Shown piece by piece: positions 19,231 through 29,379 of a DNA stretch of 40,973 bases (positions are counted from its first letter, which is position 1; each line of letters begins with the position of its first letter). The notes under the pieces are model-generated. The model worked only from the letters and a program-made list of their open reading frames with translations, was not told where the DNA came from and ran no database searches. A program made the translations under genes and the position numbers. The DNA comes from an uncultured Alphaproteobacteria bacterium (GTDB taxonomy: Bacteria > Pseudomonadota > Alphaproteobacteria > HIMB59 > GCA-002718135): contig CACAVG010000002.1 in the NCBI GenBank assembly GCA_902535885.1, forward strand, positions 1-40,973, in the 5' to 3' direction.

Positions 19231-20561
19231 TGTTCAAAAAGATATTGATTGCTAATAGAGGTGAAATTGCTTTACGTGTGCTTAGAGCCTGCAGAGAATT
19301 AGGAATAAAAACTGTAGCCATTCACTCTGATGTTGATGAAAATGCAATGCATGTAAGAATGGCAGATGAAAGTATTTGTGTAGGACCAGCCTCTGCTCAA
19401 TCTAGTTATTTAAACATACCTGCAATTATAACTGCTGCAACATTAACTGATGTAGATGCAATTCATCCTGGATATGGTTTTTTAAGTGAAAATCAAAGAT
19501 TTGCGGAAATTATTGAAGAACACAATTTTAAATTTATAGGGCCAAAATCGGAACATATCAAAATGATGGGTAACAAAATTGATGCTAAAAAAATAATGGA
19601 TGAAACTGGAGTGCCAACAGTAAAAGGTATCAATGACTTAAGCGATAATAATAAAATTGAAGAATTTATAAAAAAAGTAAAATACCCAATTATAGTAAAA
19701 GCAGCGAGTGGTGGCGGTGGAAAAGGAATGAGAATTGTCACTGAAGAAGATGATTTGAATAAAGCTATAAATGAAGCAAAAATTGAAGCAAAAAAATCAT
19801 TTAATGATGAAAATGTTTATTTAGAAAAATTTTTAACATCTCCTAAACATATTGAAATTCAAGTTCTTTGTGATTCATTTGGAAATGTTGTTACTCTTGG
19901 AGAAAGAGATTGCTCAATTCAAAGGAAGCATCAAAAACTTATTGAAGAAAGTCCAAGTTCAGTTCTAACAAATGAAAATAGAGAAAAAATTTCTGAACTT
20001 TGTAGAAAATCTATGAAGGAAATCGGATATGAAGGAGTTGGAACATTAGAATTTTTATATGAAAATAATGAATTTTATTTTATGGAGATGAATACACGAT
20101 TACAAGTTGAACATCCAGTAACAGAAATGGTTACCGGAATAGATCTTGTTAAGGAGCAAATTCTCGTTGCTAATGGCGAAAAACTTTCAATTAGACAAGA
20201 AGATATAAAGCTAAAAGGTAGTTCAATTGAATGTCGAATTAATGCCGAACATCCAGAGAGTTTTATACCATCTCCTGGTAAAATAACACAATACCATCAA
20301 CCTGGAGGATTAGGTATTCGAGTAGACTCAGCTGTTTACGATGGATACTCAATACCATCCCACTATGATAGTATGATTGGTAAGCTAATTACCTACGGCT
20401 CAACAAGATCAGAAGCTCTAAAAAAAATGAATAGAGCGCTAGAAGAATATGTAATTATGGGAATAAATACTAATATTCAACTACATCAAAAAATCATTCA
20501 AACTGATGAGTTTAAAAGAGGAAGTTACAACATTAATTTTATGTCAAATTTAATTGAGTAA
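19230..20561 (+). CDS. accC: Acetyl-CoA carboxylase biotin carboxylase subunit
   Basis: KILIANRGEIALRV, GGGGKGMR, EMNTRLQVEHPVTE. TAATG junction with accB. Confidence 0.95.
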   Translation: MFKKILIANRGEIALRVLRACRELGIKTVAIHSDVDENAMHVRMADESICVGPASAQSSYLNIPAIITAATLTDVDAIHPGYGFLSENQRFAEIIEEHNFKFIGPKSEHIKMMGNKIDAKKIMDETGVPTVKGINDLSDNNKIEEFIKKVKYPIIVKAASGGGGKGMRIVTEEDDLNKAINEAKIEAKKSFNDENVYLEKFLTSPKHIEIQVLCDSFGNVVTLGERDCSIQRKHQKLIEESPSSVLTNENREKISELCRKSMKEIGYEGVGTLEFLYENNEFYFMEMNTRLQVEHPVTEMVTGIDLVKEQILVANGEKLSIRQEDIKLKGSSIECRINAEHPESFIPSPGKITQYHQPGGLGIRVDSAVYDGYSIPSHYDSMIGKLITYGSTRSEALKKMNRALEEYVIMGINTNIQLHQKIIQTDEFKRGSYNINFMSNLIE

Positions 20562-21207
20562 AATAATTGATTTAGACAGCTTAATAGAATTTTATAAAAA
20601 AGCTTACTTTCCGATGGCTGATAGTAAGTATTCTGAAGAAATAAAATTTTATAAACCCAGACTAAGATTTATCATTCCAATTTCAAATTTTCATTATCCA
20701 AAAAAACTTTTTAGTGAGTTTAAAAAAACAAAATATAGTTTTAAAATTGATCAAAATTTTGCAAAAGTTATAGAGTTATGCAAAGAGATCAAAAGAAAAG
20801 ATCAAGATACTTGGATTAATGAAATTATTTTGGATACATATATTGAATTACATAAAATTGGTAAATGTCACAGTGTAGAATGTTATGAAGATGATAATCT
20901 AATTGGTGGTTTATATGGTTTACATATAGGATCATGTTTTTTTGGTGAAAGTATGTTTAGTTTAAAAACCAATACAAGTAAGTTTTGTCTACTTTATTTA
21001 TTAGCAATATTGAAAAAAAATAATTTTTCCATTTTAGATTCACAGTTTTTCAATCCTCATTTAGTTCAGTTTGGAGCATATGAGATAGAAACTGAAATTT
21101 ATGAAAATAAACTAAAAGAAAGTTTAGAGATTGAAAGTTTTTTTTTGGAAATTAATAATTTTCAAGAAGTCTTATCGTTACTACAATCAACTAACCAAAG
21201 ATCATAA
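20554..21207 (+). CDS. aat: Leucyl/phenylalanyl-tRNA--protein transferase
   Basis: WINEIILDTYIELHKIGKCHSVECY...LIGGLYGLHIGSCFFGESMFS pattern of the L/F-transferase family. TTG start overlapping the accC stop. Confidence 0.8.
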   Translation: MSKIIDLDSLIEFYKKAYFPMADSKYSEEIKFYKPRLRFIIPISNFHYPKKLFSEFKKTKYSFKIDQNFAKVIELCKEIKRKDQDTWINEIILDTYIELHKIGKCHSVECYEDDNLIGGLYGLHIGSCFFGESMFSLKTNTSKFCLLYLLAILKKNNFSILDSQFFNPHLVQFGAYEIETEIYENKLKESLEIESFFLEINNFQEVLSLLQSTNQRS

Positions 21208-21566
21208 ATAGGATTTTCTAAAGGAGTAACATCGGGAGAAGAAGAAATCATCCAGCCTTTATAAATATTAGTATTTTCATTATTAATAGTATCGTAGACA
21301 TCTAACAAAACATAATCTTCAGGAATTTCAGTCGGAGGAGTGCTACCGCAATACAAAACTTCAATATTTAAAGTTTCCCATGATATTTTAGAACTAACCA
21401 AAATATCTTTTGTAGAAACTTTATTAGTAGTTTTATTTAATAATTTAAAAGTAGCATATTTTTTTTCAATGGTCTCAGCAGAAACAGTTAGCGGTAGGAG
21501 AAAAAAAAATGTTACTCTAATTAGGAGTCCAAGATTTATATTCTTCTTCTTTTTTTTCTGGGTCAT
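21162..21566 (-). CDS. Secreted DUF2155-like protein, the usual alphaproteobacterial neighbour of NDUFA12-like
   Basis: From ATG at 21566: MTQKKKKKNINLGLLIRVTFFFLLPLTVSA|ETIEKK is a textbook signal peptide. The track start at 21608 adds 14 unlikely residues. Confidence 0.65.
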   Translation of the reverse strand: MTQKKKKKNINLGLLIRVTFFFLLPLTVSAETIEKKYATFKLLNKTTNKVSTKDILVSSKISWETLNIEVLYCGSTPPTEIPEDYVLLDVYDTINNENTNIYKGWMISSSPDVTPLENPIYDLWLVDCSNDKTS

Positions 21567-21873
21567 AATTTTTTGAAAGAGGATGAGATGATGGGAAATA
21601 TGCATCACTAGTACCAGTCATATTTGGTTTATGATTTTTTTGCCATTTATATTTATGTGAATAGTCAAGTGGAGGATTATCAATCGATTTGTGAAGCCAG
21701 GCATGCCAGTGAGGTGGAATATTTGACGCTTCAATTTCGCCATTAAAAATTACCCATCTTTTTGCATTTAAATTTTTAAAATCTTTAGAGCTGCAGTAAT
21801 ATTTATTTCCTAATTCATCACTACCAACTAAGTTGCCCTTAAACCAAGTATAAATTTTTGTTCCTAATGACAT
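21517..21873 (-). CDS. NADH:ubiquinone oxidoreductase subunit NDUFA12-like protein
   Basis: GNKYY...RWVIFNGEIEASNIPPHWHAWLH...YKSWTPN, characteristic of the NDUFA12 family. ATG at 21873 (MSLGTKIYTWF) is preferred because it removes the overlap with pyrC. Confidence 0.8.
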   Translation of the reverse strand: MSLGTKIYTWFKGNLVGSDELGNKYYCSSKDFKNLNAKRWVIFNGEIEASNIPPHWHAWLHKSIDNPPLDYSHKYKWQKNHKPNMTGTSDAYFPSSHPLSKNYDPEKKEEEYKSWTPN

Positions 21874-21890
21874 TAATATTTCTATAAAGA

Positions 21891-22925
21891 TTAATGGACT
21901 ACTTTCCAATTAATTTTTTTATTAGCATAAAAATTCTTAACTTGAACATCTTTGTAACTAGATAATTCTGTCATTATCCATTCCTCTTTTTCTAATTTAA
22001 TTTTTTTATCATTAATTGGAAAACTATAATGTTTTGCTCCATTAATTGAACAAAATATCTCTAAGTTATCAATTGCATTTTCTTGATCGAAAATTTCTGC
22101 GTATAATTCTAGTGAGCAAGGAGAGGAAAATATTCCTGGCTTGGATGACATATCTGGTTTTTTTTCTTGAATTGGATGTGGAGCTGAATCAGTACCTAAA
22201 AAAAATTTAGAATTATTGTGACATGCTGCTTTTCTTAATTCTATTAAATCTGTTTCGTTTTTAACAACTGGCATACAAAAATGATGGGGATTAATAGAGT
22301 CATCATGAAAAACATCTTTTTTTGTTAAAAGCATGTGGTGAGGTGTAATTGTTCCTGCAATATTCTCATTTTCTTTGACATAATTAACTCCATATGAAGT
22401 TGATACATGTTCAAGTGTAATTATTAAAAGGGGAAATTTTTTTCTAATAATTGTAAGTTCATCATCTATAAAATATTTTTCTCTGTCAAAAATGTCTATT
22501 TCTTCAGCTACTTTTTCACCATGAATTAATAATGGACTTTTTTCTTCTTCTAATATCTCTAAAAATTTAAAAATTTTTGAAATGTCACTTACCCCATGAC
22601 TTGAGTTTGTAGTTGCATTAGAAGGATAAAGCTTAGATCCAAAGAATACTTTATTTTGAATACCTTTTCTAAAATCTTCTAAATCTAAATTTTCATTTAA
22701 ATAACAAGGTATAAGTGGTTCAAAGTTATTACTAGATGCTTTATTTAAAAGTTCTTTATAAGCAGAAGCCTTAGCGGTATCTGTTATAGGAATTTCTGTA
22801 TTTGGCATTGCTACACATCTTTTATTAATTCTTGAGGAGAAATTAGTTACCATTTCTAACATATCACCCTCTCTAAAATGTACATGCCAATCATCTGGCT
22901 GAATTATTTCAATATTTTTACTCAC
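21891..22925 (-). CDS. pyrC: Dihydroorotase, homodimeric (E. coli PyrC-like) type
   Basis: N-terminal DDWHVHFREG (E. coli DDWHLHLRDG), FLGTDSAPH. Confidence 0.9.
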   Translation of the reverse strand: MSKNIEIIQPDDWHVHFREGDMLEMVTNFSSRINKRCVAMPNTEIPITDTAKASAYKELLNKASSNNFEPLIPCYLNENLDLEDFRKGIQNKVFFGSKLYPSNATTNSSHGVSDISKIFKFLEILEEEKSPLLIHGEKVAEEIDIFDREKYFIDDELTIIRKKFPLLIITLEHVSTSYGVNYVKENENIAGTITPHHMLLTKKDVFHDDSINPHHFCMPVVKNETDLIELRKAACHNNSKFFLGTDSAPHPIQEKKPDMSSKPGIFSSPCSLELYAEIFDQENAIDNLEIFCSINGAKHYSFPINDKKIKLEKEEWIMTELSSYKDVQVKNFYANKKINWKVVH

Positions 22926-23841
22926 AATAATTATTTTTTTGCAATGTATTATAAATCTTTTCTACGCTTATAGAGTCCATATATGAAATTGTTTTATCAA
23001 TATTTATACTTTTAAAATAGTCATAGCTTTCATTTGTTCTTATAACATGTGAATCTTTCATAAATGGACCATAAATCTCATCATTCGTTGGACCAAATAG
23101 AACTATAGACTTTAATTTTGTTGCTGAAGCCATATGTGATAAGCCTGAATCATTTCCTATAAATAATTTTGATTTCTTCATATATGCAGCAGTTTGAGTT
23201 AAAGATGCACCAAATAAATTAATTATCTTATTACCATCAATATTTTTTGTTATTTCATTAAAATAGAGTTTTTCTTCTAATGTTGAGCCAACTAAAATAA
23301 ATTTAATATTTAAATTTTGAGATAAAATTTTAACTAATAATGAATTATATTTTTTTATACTCCAAATTTTTGGCTGCCAATTTCCACCTGGAAATATAAC
23401 AAAATATTTAAAATTATTAGATAAATCATTTGTTGCTATTTTTTCTTCTTCTTTATTTGTTTCAATGAACAAATCCGAACAATCAAATCCAAAATAATCA
23501 GATAACTGCTGGATATGATTTAAAGTAGATTTTTTTTTAAAAATAAATTTTTTCTTATGTTTTAAAAAATAAGATAATAATGAGCTTCTAAAATCAATAA
23601 TTATATCCCACTTCTTTCCATAACAATTAGAAATTATATCTAACCAATGCATGTTATATTTTTTTTTTGAAACAGTTATTATGGTTTCTACAGATTTAAA
23701 ATTTTTAAAAATTGATTTAGCAGATGGGCCAATAACAAATGTAAATTTAGCTTCAGGATATTTATTACTAAAATATTTTATTACTCCAGTTGATAGAATT
23801 GTATCTCCAATAAGATTTGACGAAATAACAAGAATTTTCAC
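22918..23841 (-). CDS. Glycosyltransferase family 9 (LPS heptosyltransferase-like)
   Basis: MKILVISSNLIGDTILSTGV, FPGGNWQPKIW, LFIGNDSGLSHMASA. Confidence 0.8.
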   Translation of the reverse strand: MKILVISSNLIGDTILSTGVIKYFSNKYPEAKFTFVIGPSAKSIFKNFKSVETIITVSKKKYNMHWLDIISNCYGKKWDIIIDFRSSLLSYFLKHKKKFIFKKKSTLNHIQQLSDYFGFDCSDLFIETNKEEEKIATNDLSNNFKYFVIFPGGNWQPKIWSIKKYNSLLVKILSQNLNIKFILVGSTLEEKLYFNEITKNIDGNKIINLFGASLTQTAAYMKKSKLFIGNDSGLSHMASATKLKSIVLFGPTNDEIYGPFMKDSHVIRTNESYDYFKSINIDKTISYMDSISVEKIYNTLQKNNYCE

Positions 23842-23886
23842 AGAAATATTACACTTTTAATATATTCAATATATATTTAGATAATT

Positions 23887-24717
23887 ATGAAAGATAAATA
23901 CTTTTTTCATCATCTGAATTCAAGATTTTTTGAGATTTCTGGAAAAGATAGTAAATCATTTATTCAAAATTTAATTACCAATGACATTGAAAAATGTAAA
24001 GATAGATCAATTATTTATTCATGTCTATTAACACCTCAAGGTAAATTTTTAGCAGATTTTTTTATATTCAATATAAAAGAAAACTATATTTTTGAAACTA
24101 ATAATAAATTTTATAGTAATTTATTAGGACGATTAAATATTTATAAACTTCGTTCCAATATAGAAATTAAAGAAATTAATTATCTATATTCTTATTCATT
24201 ATTTAATATAGAGTATGAAGGAGATTATAAAATTTATTTAAATGATCCTAGAAATATAAACTTAGGTAAAAAACTTATAACGGATAAAAAAATTTTAATT
24301 AAAAAAGAGAAATTGAAAGAAATTAATGAAACACAATATCATGAAATTTTAATTAATCATACAACACCCTATTCACCATTTGATATTTTAGAAAATAAAT
24401 CTTTATTATTAGAAAATAATTTTGATAATTTAAATGCTATTGATTGGAATAAAGGATGCTATGTGGGTCAAGAAATTACTGCAAGAATGAAATACCGTGG
24501 ATTACTCAAGAAAAAACTTTACGCTTTAAAAATAAAAAGTGGAAATGTGCTAGAGGGAGAAGAGTTGATAGTAGATAATAAAAAAATAGGTACAATTGTA
24601 TCAAAAGCAAATTCAAATATTTTTGCAGCATTAAATATTAATTTTGTTAATGAAATAAAAAATAAAAATCAAAATTTAGTAATTAATGATTCATTATCTT
24701 TTGATTTTTTAAACTGA
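23887..24717 (+). CDS. ygfZ: YgfZ/CAF17-family folate-binding protein (Fe-S cluster maintenance)
   Basis: Signature KGCYVGQEITARMKYRG. GcvT-like N-terminal fold residues (LLTPQGKF). Confidence 0.82.
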   Translation: MKDKYFFHHLNSRFFEISGKDSKSFIQNLITNDIEKCKDRSIIYSCLLTPQGKFLADFFIFNIKENYIFETNNKFYSNLLGRLNIYKLRSNIEIKEINYLYSYSLFNIEYEGDYKIYLNDPRNINLGKKLITDKKILIKKEKLKEINETQYHEILINHTTPYSPFDILENKSLLLENNFDNLNAIDWNKGCYVGQEITARMKYRGLLKKKLYALKIKSGNVLEGEELIVDNKKIGTIVSKANSNIFAALNINFVNEIKNKNQNLVINDSLSFDFLN

Positions 24718-25857
24718 AAATTTTTTTCTATAAAAGCTTACTGGAATGATTAAAATCATAAAAATTATTAACATTGGAACAAATATATTATTAATTCCAT
24801 AGTTGTTTGCTATAAATCCTAATGAAGCTGGAGCCCCTATAAATGTTCCGTAAACTGCAATTGAAATTATTGTTATCCCTACTCCACTGTCAATTCCTTC
24901 AATTTTTCCAGCTAAACTATATGCGATAGGAACAATTGAAGATGCTCCAATACCTAATAATGAAAAACCAATAATAGCTGCATAAATACTGCTAAAATTA
25001 GATAAAATTATTAAACTTATAATCGTCGATAAAAATAAAAAGAAAATCAAAAGAAAAACTCCGATTTTATCTCTAACCCAATCACCACTAAATCTTCCGA
25101 TAACCATAAAAATATTAAAACTTAGAGTTGCTAAGCCAATATAGAAACCATCAACTTGAATAAAATCTCTCATATAGAGAGCTCCCCATGCATCAACACT
25201 TCCTTCCGTTAGAGCGTTTGCCATTGCAATTAATGCTAATAAAAAAATAAGTAGGGGCCAAATAAAAAATATATTTTTTTGACTGGAGTCTTCTGATTTG
25301 GTTTCAACTTGTGACTCTAAACAAAGTACAAAATACAAACTCAAAGGAAGAAGAATGATGACATACAAAAGTATATTAAAAATAAAAGAATAATTCCACT
25401 CTAGTAAAAAGCTTGTAATTAGAGATCCAAATAAAACTCCAAGACTCCAAAATGCATGAAACCCTGACATCATTGATTTTTTTTCTCTAACTTCTAAATT
25501 TGATGCATAAACATTGCAGGCTATTTCGAATGCACCATAACTCATACCAAAAACAAATGAGAAAACCATAAAAAGCCATAACTCTTGAATGAAAGGTACT
25601 GGCAACCACAAACAACCTTCGGCAATTAAGGTAAATGTTAAAATAGATTTTGTAGAAGTTTTCAGAATAAGAGCATTTGCAAAAATCATTGCAACAATTG
25701 AACCAATTGCAAATGATAACATAATATATCCAACACCAACATAATCAGTTTGAAGTTGATCCTTTATGGTAGGTATCCTAATAGCCCATAAACCTACATA
25801 ACAAGCAGTTATAAAAAATATAATTTTTATTGCATGAATATCACTAATTTTTTTCAT
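24709..25857 (-). CDS. MFS-type transporter, substrate unknown
   Basis: 382 aa, about 11-12 hydrophobic helices. 9-nt convergent overlap with ygfZ. Confidence 0.7.
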   Translation of the reverse strand: MKKISDIHAIKIIFFITACYVGLWAIRIPTIKDQLQTDYVGVGYIMLSFAIGSIVAMIFANALILKTSTKSILTFTLIAEGCLWLPVPFIQELWLFMVFSFVFGMSYGAFEIACNVYASNLEVREKKSMMSGFHAFWSLGVLFGSLITSFLLEWNYSFIFNILLYVIILLPLSLYFVLCLESQVETKSEDSSQKNIFFIWPLLIFLLALIAMANALTEGSVDAWGALYMRDFIQVDGFYIGLATLSFNIFMVIGRFSGDWVRDKIGVFLLIFFLFLSTIISLIILSNFSSIYAAIIGFSLLGIGASSIVPIAYSLAGKIEGIDSGVGITIISIAVYGTFIGAPASLGFIANNYGINNIFVPMLIIFMILIIPVSFYRKKFSV

Positions 25858-25866
25858 ACAATTTTA

Positions 25867-27228
25867 TTAATTAAAATATTTTTTGTAATATTCAGATAAA
25901 TTTTCGATAGAAACTCTTTCCTGTTTCATAGTATCTCTATCCCTAACAGTAACACTTTTATCTTCTAGAGTTTCAAAATCTACAGTTAAACAAATTGGTG
26001 TTCCTATTTCATCATGTCTTCTATAATTCTTACCAATGTTTCCTGAATTTTCTAAAACAACTCTTCCCAATCCTAATTTCTGTAGATTAGATTTTATTTC
26101 TTTAGATAGATTAACTAATTCCTCATTATTCTTTTTGAGAGGAATAACTGCTGCTTTAATAGGTGAAAGATGAGGTTTTAGAGATAAAAGAATTCTTTTA
26201 TTATCTTTATCTACATTTTCTTCACGATAAGCTTCATTTAACAAAGCAAGAACTCCTCTATCAACACCAGCTGATGGCTCAATTACGTAAGGAATATACC
26301 ATTTTTTTTCTTCTAAATCTTGAACAGCTAATTTTGTAGTTGAAGAGGAGTTTTTCATAACTTCTGATGTAATTTTAAAATCATTTTGATTTTTAGTATG
26401 AGAACCTAAGTCAAAGTCAGTTCTATTGGCCACCCCTTCTAGTTCCTCTTCACCGTGGGGAAACACATAATTGATATCAACAGTTCTTTTTGAGTAGTGA
26501 GCTAATTCATTTTTTTCTACTTCAATTTTTTTTAAATTTTCTTTTTTTATTCCTTGATTAACCCACCATTCTATTCTTTTATTTATCCAATATTCATGCC
26601 ATTTATCATCAGTACCTGGTTTAACAAAAAACTCTAATTCCATTTGTTCAAACTCTCTAACTCTAAAGATAAAATTACGAGGTGTTATTTCATTTCTAAA
26701 TGCTTTTCCCATTTGTGCGATACCAAAAGGAACAGTTCTTGAAGTTGAATCTAATATATTTTTAAAATTAGTAAAAATTTGCTGACACGTTTCTGGTCTT
26801 AAATATGCAAATGACGAACCATCATCTACTGGCCCAATTGCAGTTTTAAACATTAAATTAAAAGGTCTTGGCTCAGTAAGATCTTCCGATTTACAATTTG
26901 GGCATTTATTATTTTCTAATAATTGATCTGCTCTCCACCTTGATTTACATGCACGACAATCAACTAGAGGATCGGTAAAAGTATCTTCATGACCTGAATG
27001 TTTTAATACTATAGGAGAACTTAAAATTGAGGCATCCAAACCTTCGGTATCATCTCGTTCATATACCATTGATTTCCACCAAGCTTGTTTAAGATTATTT
27101 TTGAATTCAACGCCCATTGGTCCATAATCATATAACCCCTTAATTCCACCATAGATGTCATTTGATTGAAATAGAAAACCTCTTCTTTTACAGAGAGAAA
27201 CTAACTCTTCCATTGTTTGTGCAGTCAT
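25867..27228 (-). CDS. glyQS: Glycine--tRNA ligase, single-chain alpha2 (GlyQS) type
   Basis: [60 protein letters not shown]. 453 aa. Confidence 0.9.
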   Translation of the reverse strand: MTAQTMEELVSLCKRRGFLFQSNDIYGGIKGLYDYGPMGVEFKNNLKQAWWKSMVYERDDTEGLDASILSSPIVLKHSGHEDTFTDPLVDCRACKSRWRADQLLENNKCPNCKSEDLTEPRPFNLMFKTAIGPVDDGSSFAYLRPETCQQIFTNFKNILDSTSRTVPFGIAQMGKAFRNEITPRNFIFRVREFEQMELEFFVKPGTDDKWHEYWINKRIEWWVNQGIKKENLKKIEVEKNELAHYSKRTVDINYVFPHGEEELEGVANRTDFDLGSHTKNQNDFKITSEVMKNSSSTTKLAVQDLEEKKWYIPYVIEPSAGVDRGVLALLNEAYREENVDKDNKRILLSLKPHLSPIKAAVIPLKKNNEELVNLSKEIKSNLQKLGLGRVVLENSGNIGKNYRRHDEIGTPICLTVDFETLEDKSVTVRDRDTMKQERVSIENLSEYYKKYFN

Positions 27229-27235
27229 ATAACTC

Positions 27236-27397
27236 TTAATCTTTTGGTTTATATTCTTTCGTTCTTGGATCTTTCTCTAAATCGATTACTGAGTCATTAT
27301 TTACTTTATTATTAGTGAATTTGTCTTGTTTTTTTTTCTTAAATCTTAAAAATAATAAAATAGAAGCTAAAATTACAACTAAAACTAGAAGTTTCAT
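27236..27397 (-). CDS. Small (53 aa) single-pass membrane protein, hypothetical
   Basis: Below the track cutoff. ATG at 27397 overlaps the upstream stop (TAATG). Sequence [53 protein letters not shown]: an N-terminal TM helix, a positive-inside KKKK and a charged tail. It fills the otherwise empty gap before glyQS. Confidence 0.5.
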   Translation of the reverse strand: MKLLVLVVILASILLFLRFKKKKQDKFTNNKVNNDSVIDLEKDPRTKEYKPKD

Positions 27398-28227
27398 TAC
27401 AAACCAAACCTAGAAAACATAATTCGTTCTTCAATTTTATTTAAAATTTCATCAGAATTAAATATTGAAGAAGAAAACCTACGTTGTAAAAATGATTTTT
27501 TTTGACTGATTATTTTAATTTTAATTTTTTTTCCAAACTTCTCTTCTAAAATTGGTTTTATTGCACCAATACCATCTGCTAAACCTAAATCTATAGCTTT
27601 ATTACCAACCCAAAATAAACCAGAAAAGATGTCATCTAATTTATTCTGATCAAGTTTTGAACCTCTTCTATCTTTTACATAATTAATAAAATTATCATGA
27701 ATTTGTTCTTGAATATTTTTTAATCTATCAATGTCTTCCTGTTTTTCTTCTTTGAAAGGATCAAGAAAACTTTTACTTTTTCCAGAAGTATACACTCTTC
27801 TTTCAATTCCAACTTTTTTTAGAAGATCAACAAAACCAAAACCTGGTGAAATAACACCTATTGATCCAATAACAGAGTTTTGATCAATATATATTTCATC
27901 AGCAGCACATGCTAACCAATAACCACCAGAAGCTGCAACATCTTCAACGAATGCTAAAACTTTTTTGTTTTGTTCCTTAGCCAGATCAATGATCCTTTTT
28001 GCTATTAAAGAGGATTGTGTAGGAGAACCTCCAGGTGAATTAATGACCAAACATACAACAGGAGATTTTTTATCAGCAAATAACTTATCAATTAACTTTT
28101 CTAAATTATTGATTGCTAAACCGGAACCTGTTAGGCCAGACTGTGATGATATAATGCCAGATAAACGTAAAACTGGTATTGTAGTACTCTTTGAAAATAA
28201 CCTTTTAAACATAATATCTAATAACAA
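27397..28227 (-). CDS. sppA: S49-family serine peptidase (SppA 36K / SohB-like)
   Basis: INSPGGSPTQS, AASGGYWLACAADEIY (Ser nucleophile context), IGVISPGF. The true start may be ATG at 28212 (MFKRLF). Confidence 0.82.
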   Translation of the reverse strand: MLLDIMFKRLFSKSTTIPVLRLSGIISSQSGLTGSGLAINNLEKLIDKLFADKKSPVVCLVINSPGGSPTQSSLIAKRIIDLAKEQNKKVLAFVEDVAASGGYWLACAADEIYIDQNSVIGSIGVISPGFGFVDLLKKVGIERRVYTSGKSKSFLDPFKEEKQEDIDRLKNIQEQIHDNFINYVKDRRGSKLDQNKLDDIFSGLFWVGNKAIDLGLADGIGAIKPILEEKFGKKIKIKIISQKKSFLQRRFSSSIFNSDEILNKIEERIMFSRFGL

Positions 28228-28341
28228 ATGTTAATCTTTTCTTAAAGCGTTATGTAGCATTTGTTTGTAATTTTGGTAATTTGAGTTTAAGTGCGTCAAT
28301 TAAGTTAATGAATTAACATAATATTCTAATAGTTAAACAAT

Positions 28342-29379
28342 ATGGATAATGTTCTTCCACTTATAAAAAAAGATTTTTCATTTGAAGATGAAATTAGAGA
28401 ATTAACAGATCTATGCAAAGAAGATTTAGTATCCGTAAACACCATAATTCTTGATAAATTAGATAGTAATGTACCTTTAGTTCATGAAGTTGGGAAATAC
28501 CTTATCTTATCAGGTGGTAAAAGATTACGACCTCTTTTAACAGTTTCAAGTTTTTATATGACAAGAAATGGAATTAGTGAAATTGAAAATAAAATGAATC
28601 ATATCGGTCTATCTGCGGCAGTAGAATTTATTCACACAGCAACACTATTACATGATGATGTAATAGATGAGAGTAAACAAAGACGAGGAAAACCTACAGC
28701 AAATGTTAAATGGAAAAATAAAACAAGTGTATTAGTTGGTGATTTTTTATTCAGTAGAGCTTTTCAACTAATGACAAAATATGGAAATACTGAAACGTTA
28801 AAAATATTAGCAGATACTAGTGTTGTAATTTCTGAAGGAGAAGTTTTAGAACTTGTTAATGATAAAAATTTAGAAATAAATGAAAATATTTATTTTGAAG
28901 TTGTAAATGCAAAGACTGCCTCTTTATTTAGTGCAGCATGTCAAGTAGGATCAATTAGTGGTCTTGGAACAGAAGCTGAGGTTAATGCATTGAAATCATT
29001 TGGAACAAACTTTGGCATGACTTTTCAATTAATTGACGATGCTATTGATTATTCTTCAAACAAAAAAATATTAGGAAAAAATACTGGAGATGATTTTAAA
29101 GAAGGTAAAATTACTCTTCCAATAATTTTAGCTTATGGAAGATCAAATGATAAAGAAAAAAAGTTTTGGGAAAGAACAATATCTGATCTTAACCAAAATG
29201 ATGGTGATTTTGAAATGGCTTTAGAAATAATAAATAAATACCAATGTATTGAGGATACTCTAACAAGAGCTAATCACTTTTCAAATGTAGCTGTAGACTC
29301 AGTTGATATATTTAAAGATAACATCTACAAAGAAAAATTAGTATCTCTTGTCACAAAAAGTGTTTCAAGAATTTATTAA
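28342..29379 (+). CDS. ispB: Long-chain polyprenyl (octaprenyl-type) diphosphate synthase
   Basis: First DDxxD motif LLHDDVIDES, second FQLIDDAIDY, GKRLRP. Confidence 0.9.
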   Translation: MDNVLPLIKKDFSFEDEIRELTDLCKEDLVSVNTIILDKLDSNVPLVHEVGKYLILSGGKRLRPLLTVSSFYMTRNGISEIENKMNHIGLSAAVEFIHTATLLHDDVIDESKQRRGKPTANVKWKNKTSVLVGDFLFSRAFQLMTKYGNTETLKILADTSVVISEGEVLELVNDKNLEINENIYFEVVNAKTASLFSAACQVGSISGLGTEAEVNALKSFGTNFGMTFQLIDDAIDYSSNKKILGKNTGDDFKEGKITLPIILAYGRSNDKEKKFWERTISDLNQNDGDFEMALEIINKYQCIEDTLTRANHFSNVAVDSVDIFKDNIYKEKLVSLVTKSVSRIY

